Origin: Collinsella sp.
GTDB taxonomy: Bacteria; Actinomycetota; Coriobacteriia; Coriobacteriales; Coriobacteriaceae
Reading direction: 5' to 3'
Assembly (NCBI GenBank): GCA_014871665.1
Contig: WGSL01000002.1
Span: forward strand, 144-64,143
DNA length: 64,000 nucleotides
In this document: positions 55,624 through 64,000 of the stretch, piece after piece
How positions within the stretch are numbered: the stretch's first letter is position 1
Layout of the letters: each line of letters opens with the position of its first letter
The notes under the pieces: generated by a model
The model's database searches: none
What the model saw: only the letters and a program-made list of their open reading frames with translations
Told to the model about the DNA's origin: nothing
Position numbers and translations under genes: made by a program

Positions 55624-58287
55624 CTCTTGGACTTTGAGGGCTTCGGCCAGACTGACGCGCTTGATGGAGCGCGCGTGCAGCAGCGCCACGACCAGGTAGG
55701 TCACAAAGCCAATGCCGACGCATGCAGCCATAGACCAAGCGGGCACGTAGATCTCGATATTGCCGTTGTAGGCGAGTAGCATCGAGCGGAAGATGGCTGT
55801 TAGCGAGCCGATGATCACGGGCAGGCTCAGCACGAGCGACACCGCCACGCACAGTGTGATCGAGCGGATGTACAGCTGCGAGATCTCGCCATCGCGGTAG
55901 CCAAAGACCTTCATGTAGCTGATCGAACGGGCGCTGTGGTCGATCACCGCCTTGGTCAGCAGGTACATAAACAGCAGGAAGATAAACACCGCGAGCCCGA
56001 TCATCATTCCGATCATTTTGCTCATCATGCCGATGAACTGGTCGCCCACGGCCCGCATGTCGTCGGGCGTGGTGTCGCCGGCAAAGTAGCGAGCATCGAG
56101 GTCGAGCTTCTCGTCGCTCACATAGCCGTTAAAGTAGGCGGCGTCGTTGCCGAACAGCTCGTTAAAGTCGTCGATACTCATATAGATATTCATGTCCGAC
56201 TTGGAGCCCCAGGCACAGTCCTTGCCCGCGTACTCAAGGGAATAATTCTTGCCCTCGTACTTGTCGCGAAGCTTAACCTTCTGCCCCTCGTTCCAGCCAA
56301 ACTTGTCGAGTAGGCCGCCGCCAAAGACGACACGGCCGTCGCCGACGTTGAGGTCTTTCCAATAGCGCGAATCGGGCGAGATGCCGTAGACAGAAATCGT
56401 CTCCTCGCCATTACCATCGCCGCGGTCGTATTGCAGCTGGTAAACGGCATATTTCTCGGTCTGCGCAATCTTGTCTGCACCGTTATCGGTCGTGTTAACC
56501 GGGTGAATGTCGTCGTTGTCGGTGTCGATCTTAGAGGCCTTGTCGATCAGGTCGATAGCCTCGTCGCGGTCACAGCCGAGGGCATCGGCAAGGTCATCGA
56601 GGCGCGCGTAGAGCGCACCCTTCTTGTCCTGGACCTTGGCAAGCGCATCCTGCGCTGCGGTCAGGCTCTCGGCAGACGGAGATGCGGTCGCGGCATCGGC
56701 TGCCGCCTGCGCAGCATCGGCCGCGTCGTCAAGCTCGTCATCGGCATCCTGAGCGGCGGAAAGCAGCGCGCCGTCAACCGACTGCAAGCGCTCGAGTGCC
56801 GACCACTGCTCGCGCTCCTCGGCAGTGCCCTCGAGCTCCAGCGGCGCCTTGAGCGTGTACTGGTGTTCGGCGACCAGGCTTGTCTCGAGGTTGTCCGCAT
56901 AGTGCGTCATCGTGGGCAGAATCGCCAAGCCAAAGAGCAACAGCAGCGAGGCAAACGCAATGCCCACGAAGAGCGTGGCGAAGTTGCCCAGGTTGCGCAG
57001 GAAGATACGCAGGCGGAAGCGGGAAACAAAACCCATGCGCTCCGGCAGCTGCAAGCCGCGCTTGGTGCCCGATTTGCCACTCGCCTCGTGACGAAGGAAC
57101 TGCAACGGCGTCTTGCCCATCTTGCGAAGCAGGCCCACCAGCGTGATGAGGATGAGCGCGGCGGCGGGAACCACGGCGCACTTCACAAAGATCTCCCAGC
57201 TCCAGTACACCTGGAAGGGCGGCAGGCTATACGAACCGTAATAGAGGCTGCGCATGGGCTCGGTAAAGAACACAACGCCGAGCGCAGTGCCCAAAAGCGC
57301 CGCGATCACGCCCACGATGGCGGGAAGCGCAAGGTAGTGCAGCACGATCTCGCGTCGACGATAGCCGCTGGCGAGCAGCGTGCCGATGATGGCGCTCTCC
57401 TCCTCGATGGTGGCGTCGGTAAGGACCACAAAGACGAACGCCATAATCACGATGATGATGTCGAGCAGCGTCATCCACATCATGGAGTCGCCGTCCACGT
57501 CGTCGCGCGCATAACCAATGCCCTGGTTGGAATCGGCATCGATCAGATCGTCCACGCGCGCATCGGCTTCGGTCAGTGCCTCGACCATATCCTGCTCCGC
57601 ATCGGTGCGGTCCGCGGTGGAGAGATCGCGATCGGCAAAGGTGAAGGAGTAGGTGTAGGCGGGTGCGCCGCCGGCGTCCTCAAGCGCGGCAAAGCCGGCG
57701 TCGGTGACCTCGGCCACGCCATAGGTGATGGTGTTCACCGTAAAGTCCGAATTGTTGAGGAACAGCGCCTGGCTATCGGGCTGGGTCATGATGCCGCAGA
57801 TGGTGTAGGTGCGGCCCTCGAGCTCGACCTTATCGCCCACGGCGAGGTCGTTGTTGGTGGCGAAGACGCGGTCGATTGCCACCTCATCGTCCGTCTTGGG
57901 CTGCCTGCCCTCACAGTAGGACGCGATATCGACCTTGGTGCGGTGCGCATAGGTGCGCAGCGTGCGCTTGGTGCCGTCGTCGCCGGCGGTCTTTTTGATG
58001 ATGGCGTCGATGGAGAAATTCTTGTAGAGCGTGACGCCGCCGACGTCGTCGGCCGCATCCTCGGCCGCCTTGAGCTGGTCTTTGGTGGCCTCGAAGGAGG
58101 TGGTCACGCGGCCGTCCTCAATCGTGTACGCATCGCGCATGTCGTCGATAAGGCAGCCGATGGAATGCGCTGCGAGCAAAAAGCCCGAGGTGAGAGCGAT
58201 GCTTCCGCACATAAGCAAAAAGATGCCCAGGTACTTGCCGATATTGCGGCGCAGTTCGCGCGGGAGACGTTTTGCGAGAGGTGTCAT
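55621..58287 (-). CDS. FtsX/MacB-type ABC transporter permease (two FtsX modules)
   Basis: About 890 aa with large extracytoplasmic loops and repeated 4-TM FtsX modules. The start is placed at ATG 58287. Confidence 0.85.
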   Translation of the reverse strand: MTPLAKRLPRELRRNIGKYLGIFLLMCGSIALTSGFLLAAHSIGCLIDDMRDAYTIEDGRVTTSFEATKDQLKAAEDAADDVGGVTLYKNFSIDAIIKKTAGDDGTKRTLRTYAHRTKVDIASYCEGRQPKTDDEVAIDRVFATNNDLAVGDKVELEGRTYTICGIMTQPDSQALFLNNSDFTVNTITYGVAEVTDAGFAALEDAGGAPAYTYSFTFADRDLSTADRTDAEQDMVEALTEADARVDDLIDADSNQGIGYARDDVDGDSMMWMTLLDIIIVIMAFVFVVLTDATIEEESAIIGTLLASGYRRREIVLHYLALPAIVGVIAALLGTALGVVFFTEPMRSLYYGSYSLPPFQVYWSWEIFVKCAVVPAAALILITLVGLLRKMGKTPLQFLRHEASGKSGTKRGLQLPERMGFVSRFRLRIFLRNLGNFATLFVGIAFASLLLLFGLAILPTMTHYADNLETSLVAEHQYTLKAPLELEGTAEEREQWSALERLQSVDGALLSAAQDADDELDDAADAAQAAADAATASPSAESLTAAQDALAKVQDKKGALYARLDDLADALGCDRDEAIDLIDKASKIDTDNDDIHPVNTTDNGADKIAQTEKYAVYQLQYDRGDGNGEETISVYGISPDSRYWKDLNVGDGRVVFGGGLLDKFGWNEGQKVKLRDKYEGKNYSLEYAGKDCAWGSKSDMNIYMSIDDFNELFGNDAAYFNGYVSDEKLDLDARYFAGDTTPDDMRAVGDQFIGMMSKMIGMMIGLAVFIFLLFMYLLTKAVIDHSARSISYMKVFGYRDGEISQLYIRSITLCVAVSLVLSLPVIIGSLTAIFRSMLLAYNGNIEIYVPAWSMAACVGIGFVTYLVVALLHARSIKRVSLAEALKVQE

Positions 58288-58295
58288 GGCGCCGC

Positions 58296-59009
<714 letters not shown>

Positions 59010-59104
59010 GCTACCCCCCATTGTTAGCCTATTGCTACTTTTATAGGGTAATAGTAAACCCAAGTGAACTATTTTTGGGCGAGAGTGGGGGTTTGTTTCA
59101 AGAC

Positions 59105-59274
59105 TAGTCGTTGGGGACGTTCTTAAACGACTAGCTGTTGGGGGCGCTCTTTCGCCACCCGGCAGTTAGGGACGTTCCCTTTCTGCCGGCAGCTGGGGAC
59201 AGTCCTTGGCAAGCCGGCGGTTCGGCAAAGACTGTCCCCGATGACTAGTCGTTTAAGTCTGTCCCCAATGAGTA
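59105..59274. repeat. Repeat cluster: inverted B units (B6 59105-59133, B7 59246-59274) flanking GGGGAC-word hairpins
   Basis: tagtcgttggggacgttcttaaacgacta ... ccggcagttagggacgttccctttctgccggcagctggggacag (59159-59202; about 90 percent identical to the rc of 19626-19670) ... tagtcgtttaagtctgtccccaatgagta. Confidence 0.85.
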
Positions 59275-59290
59275 CCCGATGACTAGGTGG

Positions 59291-60496
59291 CTAGGCGCGG
59301 GATTTGTTGTGAGCGAGGGCTAGGCCTACGGCGGCGATGGCGGCAGCGAAGAGCACGGTGACGCCCAGGTCGCAGGCGATGTCGCCCAGCACGGTGGACG
59401 TCAGGTCCGCGGCGAGCGCCTTGCCGATCGCGTCGTTCACCCAATATGTCGGCACAAAGTGCGCCACGGTCTGCACGGCCGAACCCATGAGCGACAGCGG
59501 CATCCAGGCGCCACCCAAAAACGTCATGAGCATGCCAAGCAGGTTGCCCACACCGTTGAGCAGCTCCTCGCGCGCGCCCAGGCTCGACAGCGTAAAGCCA
59601 ACGGCCAGTGGCGTCAGCGCTAGGGCAAACGTTGCCGCCAGCGCCAGGCACACGCGGCCCACGCCGACCTCGGCAACCGCGCTGGCAAAGCCCACGACGC
59701 CCATCATGCTCGACACAAACCAGATACAGACGGTGAGCACGGCGGCGGCCGCAAACACGGCAAGCGAACGCTGGCGATCGGAGATTGGGCCGGCATCCAT
59801 GCGGCGCACGCGCTCGGGCTCGTTCATGCCCGAAAACACCAAGCCCACCGACACGATGACCGACGAGATAATCGCGTACGCGCCAAAGTTGAAGTACGAC
59901 TCGAGCGTGGCGGCAGCAGCCGAGTCGACCTTGACCCGCTCGATCTGGACCTCCGCGCGCTTTGCAGCGGCATGTTCGGCGGCCTTGGCAACGTCGCCGT
60001 TGGAGGCAGTGGGCTCAAGTGCGGCTGCAGCGCCCGCGAGCGAGATCCAGCGCGAAGCCTCGGCAGACGAAAGCGCCGCCGCCATGGTGCCGGCACCGTA
60101 GGTCACATCGAGCTTGGGCAGGGACTCCCCCGCGCGGGCAGCCGCGACCAGGTCGTCCTCGAACCCCTCCGGGATAAAGAACACGCAGTCGGCGCTGCCC
60201 TTGGCGCTGTTGCTCTTGGAGAGCGCGTCCGCAAGGTCGTACGTGTCATCGCCGACGCCCGTGACCAGGTCAAACCGCGAACCTAGGTGCTTGGTGAGCG
60301 CACGTGAAAGATCACTGCCATCGCGGTCGACCACGATCACGTTGGCGTCGTAGGGCTTGTACTCGGTGAGCTGCGACGAGTTCCAGCTCACCGATGCCGC
60401 GATGAATACGCCCATCAGCGAAATGAACACCGTGTAGATGAGCAGGTAGAACGGGTGAGCGAGCGCCATGCGAAGCGCGGTCTTAAAGGTGCTCAT
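59291..60496 (-). CDS. ABC-2 type transporter permease
   Basis: The ATG at 60496 follows GGAAGGAG. The protein has an N-terminal TM helix, a large loop and 5 C-terminal TM helices. Confidence 0.75.
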   Translation of the reverse strand: MSTFKTALRMALAHPFYLLIYTVFISLMGVFIAASVSWNSSQLTEYKPYDANVIVVDRDGSDLSRALTKHLGSRFDLVTGVGDDTYDLADALSKSNSAKGSADCVFFIPEGFEDDLVAAARAGESLPKLDVTYGAGTMAAALSSAEASRWISLAGAAAALEPTASNGDVAKAAEHAAAKRAEVQIERVKVDSAAAATLESYFNFGAYAIISSVIVSVGLVFSGMNEPERVRRMDAGPISDRQRSLAVFAAAAVLTVCIWFVSSMMGVVGFASAVAEVGVGRVCLALAATFALALTPLAVGFTLSSLGAREELLNGVGNLLGMLMTFLGGAWMPLSLMGSAVQTVAHFVPTYWVNDAIGKALAADLTSTVLGDIACDLGVTVLFAAAIAAVGLALAHNKSRA

Positions 60497-61670
60497 AGCG
60501 GCTCCTTCCAAAGATCAGCGTGGCGGCGGCAACGAACAGCAGTGCCATGAGGACCAGTGCGCCGGCGCGAACGGCAAAAGGATCCAGGTCCTCAAAGAAA
60601 TACAGGCGGTTGAACATGTCGCAGATGAGCTTGACGGGGTTGAGCCAGCACTCGGCCGGACAGGCGCGGGCGACGTCATCGGCAAGCGCCATCGCCGGTT
60701 CGCCGTAGAGCCCAGCGAACAAAGCGCACGTGGTGGCAAAGCCTGTGAGGATGCCCGACCTAGATGCCTTGCCGCCCTTAACGGGAAGCGTGCCCACAAA
60801 GAGTCCCAAGCCCGTGGCGGCAAGCGCGGAAGCGGCACCGCCCACCAGACACAGCCCCTCGCGCCCGCCAAAGTCGACGCCCACAACCAGGCGCACGTAG
60901 CCGATCGCGATCGCCATCGAGGCAAAGGAGACCAGCCACGAGCCCACAAAGATACCGGCCAGCGACGCCGTTTTGGAAAGACCGCCCGCGCAGCGGCGCG
61001 CGCCAAGGCCCGACAGATTGGGCTGCAGATCGACGACGCTCAAGGCGACAAACTCCGCAGACATCATCGCGACCAGGCCAAAGAGCGCGTAATAGTAGAT
61101 GACCGTGCCATCGGGCGTGGTGCGTGTCAGGCTTACGCGGCGGGTGCCGCCCTCGAGCGACAGGGCGCGCGCAACCGCCTCCGGGTCGGCGAGCGCCGCC
61201 GGGTTGTCCTGGGCAATCTGAGACATGAGCTCGGCATTTTGTGTATACGAGCTTGCCACCGTCTCCAGAATGCTGCGGTCGGTGAGCACCGTTGAGGCAC
61301 GCGAGCTGTCGTAGCTCGACAGCAACGTGAGCTTGGGTGCGCCCGTGTCGTCGACCGTATAGATGCCCGCGACCTCGCCGGCCTTAAGCGCACGGTTCGC
61401 ATCGGCTGCGTCGTCGCACTCGTGGATCTCGAGCAGCTGATTGTCGCTCTCCTTGGCAAGCGACGTCGCCACGTCCTTAAAGGTCGAGGCGTCCCAGGCC
61501 TCGTCCGCTATGACGGCAACCGGTACCGGGTCGACCGTGCCGTCAGAGCTCAGATTCGCAAACATAAACATGAACATCGTGGAAAGTGCGATGGGAAAGA
61601 GAGCGCCCCAGACCCACGTGCTCGGCCGGCGCAGCAGCGTCTTGACCGTAGTGATGATGGTGTTGAACAT
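60483..61670 (-). CDS. ABC-2 type transporter permease
   Basis: 395 aa, a paralogous architecture to the downstream permease. Confidence 0.75.
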   Translation of the reverse strand: MFNTIITTVKTLLRRPSTWVWGALFPIALSTMFMFMFANLSSDGTVDPVPVAVIADEAWDASTFKDVATSLAKESDNQLLEIHECDDAADANRALKAGEVAGIYTVDDTGAPKLTLLSSYDSSRASTVLTDRSILETVASSYTQNAELMSQIAQDNPAALADPEAVARALSLEGGTRRVSLTRTTPDGTVIYYYALFGLVAMMSAEFVALSVVDLQPNLSGLGARRCAGGLSKTASLAGIFVGSWLVSFASMAIAIGYVRLVVGVDFGGREGLCLVGGAASALAATGLGLFVGTLPVKGGKASRSGILTGFATTCALFAGLYGEPAMALADDVARACPAECWLNPVKLICDMFNRLYFFEDLDPFAVRAGALVLMALLFVAAATLIFGRSRYEHL

Positions 61671-61679
61671 GACTGCCCC

Positions 61680-62618
61680 CTAGTCGCGCAGCTCGCGGCC
61701 GGTGATCTCGAGGAACACGTCGTTGAGGGTCGGCGGCTCGCTCCACACGCGGCCGAGCGCCACATCGGCGGCGCGCAGCGTGTCGAGGATGTCGACCAAA
61801 TTGTGCGGGCTCGCTTCGCAGGTGCAGACGAGCTCGCCGCCGGACAGCTCAACCGAAAGCACGTGCTCGAGGGCGCGCAGCCGCTCGACCGTGGCGGTCT
61901 CGACGGCGCCGACCTCGACAGTCACGCGCTCGCCCATTTGAATCATGCGTTTGAGCTCGTCATTGGTGCCCTGCGCCAGCACACGTCCGCCGTCCATGAT
62001 CATGATGCGGCTGCAAATCTGCTCGACTTCCTCCATGTAATGGCTGGTATACACCACCGTGGCGCCCTCGTCGCGCAAGCGGCAGATGCCCTCCAGGATA
62101 GCGTTGCGACTCTGCGGGTCGACTGCCACCGTAGGCTCGTCAAAGAAGATGAGCTCGGGCTTGTGCGCAATGCCGCAGGCAATGTTGAGGCGACGCGCCA
62201 GGCCGCCCGAGAGCTTGCCGGGGCGAAACTTGGCAAAGTCGCCCAGCCCGACAAAGTCGATTGCCTCGTCCACGAGCGCGCGGCGGCGCTTGCGGTCGTT
62301 AACGTAAAGGCTGCAGAAATAGTCAATGTTCTCGCGCACCGTAAGCTCGTCGAACACCGCCACCTGCTGCGGCACCACGCCGATGCGGCGCTTGAGGTCG
62401 TAGCGGGCGGGCGTCATGGGCTCGCCGAACAGCTCGATGGTGCCCTTGTCGTAGGCGAGCAGCTGCAGGATGCAGTTGATGGACGTGGTCTTGCCCGAGC
62501 CGTTGGGGCCCAACAGGCCAAAGATCTCGCCGGGGGCGATGCTGAGGTTAAAGTGGTCGAGCGCGATAAGGTCGTCGTAGCGCTTGACGAGGTTTTCGAC
62601 GTGAACGATGTCTGTCAT
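61680..62618 (-). CDS. ABC transporter ATP-binding protein
   Basis: The start is placed at MTDIVHVENL. It has Walker A GPNGSGKTT, the signature SGGLARR and Walker B IFFDEPT. Confidence 0.92.
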   Translation of the reverse strand: MTDIVHVENLVKRYDDLIALDHFNLSIAPGEIFGLLGPNGSGKTTSINCILQLLAYDKGTIELFGEPMTPARYDLKRRIGVVPQQVAVFDELTVRENIDYFCSLYVNDRKRRRALVDEAIDFVGLGDFAKFRPGKLSGGLARRLNIACGIAHKPELIFFDEPTVAVDPQSRNAILEGICRLRDEGATVVYTSHYMEEVEQICSRIMIMDGGRVLAQGTNDELKRMIQMGERVTVEVGAVETATVERLRALEHVLSVELSGGELVCTCEASPHNLVDILDTLRAADVALGRVWSEPPTLNDVFLEITGRELRD

Positions 62619-62815
62619 GAGGCGGCCCTTCTGTTGGTCGTGGCCCGGTACGATTGCATCATCGCAGGAGCCGCCGGCGCGCACCAGTGAGCTTTGGCAC
62701 GAGTGCGAGGCTTGGCCGCGTGGCCTGCCGACGTCCCCGATTTGCCGCGTGGGAGGAATGTCACGGTTGCGCAGGCGGTCCCTCCACCACGCGCGGCTTC
62801 GCGTACAATACCCGT

Positions 62816-63961
62816 ATGAACAGGCTTTTCGACAAATCGATCGTTCTGGCGTGCTGTATTGCGGCCGCCATGGGCCTTGCTGTGGACGCTCACCTGGTCG
62901 CGGCGTTTTGCCTTGGCGTTATTGCCACCTCACTGGCCGAGGTCGCACAGGGGGAACGCACCCGGCGCGCGAGCGAGGCCGCGAGCTGCGCTTACATCAT
63001 CGCGGCAGTCGTCCTGCCGCCGTTTGTGCCGTTTGCGCCTCTCGCCCTCTATGACATCGCGCGGCGCGTGCGCCGTGAACGAATCTGGCCCGCGCTGGCG
63101 ATTGGCGCCGTGTGTGTCTGCGCGCTTGTCGCGGACCTTCGTGGCGGCGTGCTCACCACCCGAACGCTGCTGTTAACCGCCATCCTTTCGGTTGCCGCCA
63201 CGTTGCTGTCGCTGCGCACCGCGCAGCTGGAGCGCGAACAGGAACGCATGCGTCGCATCCGCGACAAGCTGCAAGAACGCGCCCTGGCACTCGAGGCACG
63301 CAACCGTGACCTCGCCGACCGCCAGGACTACGAAGTCGAACTCGCGACGCTCGCCGAACGCGCCCGCATCGCGCGCGAGATCCACGATAACGTGGGCCAC
63401 CAGCTCACGCGCGCTTCGCTTCAAACCGAAGCCCTGTGCGTGGCCCATGCCGACGAGCCCAGGGTTGCCGCCGATTTCGCCGACGTCAAACGCACGGTTG
63501 ACGAGGCGCTCCAACTCGTGCGCGCCAGCGTCCACGCGCTCAACGACAATGCCGCCGACCTTTCCGTGCAGCTCGAACGCATTGTTGAAGGCGCACGCTC
63601 GGACGGCGGCCCGCAGATTGAGCTTGAAGTTTTGGCCGAGCATGCGCCCGCAAATGTCGCCAACTGCTTTGCAGCGGTCCTGCGCGAGGCACTCTCCAAT
63701 ACCATGCGCCACGCTTGCGCCCAGACCGTCACCATACGATGCATGGAACATCCGTCGTTTTACCAGCTTGTCGTTACCGACGATGGCGCGGGCGGGGTCC
63801 AAGCAAGCGGCCGCGGCGCTGCGGAGGGCATGGGGCTCGCCTCCATGCGCGAGCGCATCGAGGCGCTTGGCGGCACCTTCACCGCCGGCCCGCGTGCCAG
63901 CGCCGGCGGCTGGCGCGTGTTTGCCACCGTTCCCAAACAGCAAGGAGATGAGGACCGATGA
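62816..63961 (+). CDS. Membrane sensor histidine kinase (HisKA_3 type)
   Basis: The start is placed at MNRLFDKSIV. It has TM helices, the H-box RIAREIHDNVGHQLT and an HATPase domain. It is divergent from the ABC-2 operon. Confidence 0.85.
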   Translation: MNRLFDKSIVLACCIAAAMGLAVDAHLVAAFCLGVIATSLAEVAQGERTRRASEAASCAYIIAAVVLPPFVPFAPLALYDIARRVRRERIWPALAIGAVCVCALVADLRGGVLTTRTLLLTAILSVAATLLSLRTAQLEREQERMRRIRDKLQERALALEARNRDLADRQDYEVELATLAERARIAREIHDNVGHQLTRASLQTEALCVAHADEPRVAADFADVKRTVDEALQLVRASVHALNDNAADLSVQLERIVEGARSDGGPQIELEVLAEHAPANVANCFAAVLREALSNTMRHACAQTVTIRCMEHPSFYQLVVTDDGAGGVQASGRGAAEGMGLASMRERIEALGGTFTAGPRASAGGWRVFATVPKQQGDEDR

Positions 63962-64000
63962 GGCTCATCGTTGTCGACGACGACCGCTTAGTGGTCGATT
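63958..64000 (+). CDS. Response regulator, N-terminal fragment (cut by window edge)
   Basis: The ATG overlaps the kinase stop (ATGA). The fragment reads MRLIVVDDDRLVVD. Confidence 0.6.
   Translation, partial: MRLIVVDDDRLVVD

Overview
High-GC (by eye) actinobacterial chromosome segment. The gene content looks Coriobacteriia-like: a dnaK-grpE-dnaJ-hspR operon, multi-TM LuxR regulators and an NRMT-type NRAMP. This taxonomic guess is inference only. I call about 55 protein-coding genes, and most are ordinary core or accessory functions. They include the heat-shock operon, nadABC-niaR, a LytTR two-component system, trxA, nikR-hypFCDE, pyrE, luxS, a nucleoside hydrolase, rbsK, an OatA-like acyltransferase, several Mg2+-related transporters, and two ABC exporter loci with NarL-type two-component systems. 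I saw no rRNA, tRNA, CRISPR, transposase, integrase or phage genes. Items worth a second look: (1) The intergenic DNA is filled with several unrecognised, modular, hairpin-forming repeat families. One is a 29-nt palindromic unit with a GGGGAC core (7 copies). Another is a ~500-nt composite element present twice in direct orientation around a 3-gene cassette. Its ~200-nt C module keeps three helices through compensatory changes, which suggests a multi-copy structured RNA or mobile DNA element. (2) An NRMT-type NRAMP (DAGG / TTIAPW instead of DPGN / MPH) is translationally coupled to a PRC-MgtE_N-CBS protein with a non-MgtE membrane domain, behind a leader with M-box-like blocks. (3) A four-gene cluster rich in zinc ribbons is built around a YdjI-like SPFH protein. 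(4) hypF and mgtA each carry a single frameshift. (5) Smaller items include a perfect 19+19 bp palindrome upstream of nadA (candidate NiaR operator), a MITE-like AT-rich element, an extra membrane sensor-like gene attached to a two-component system, and a NodB-like protein lacking the His-His metal ligands. All alignments and counts were done by hand. No database or folding program was run.
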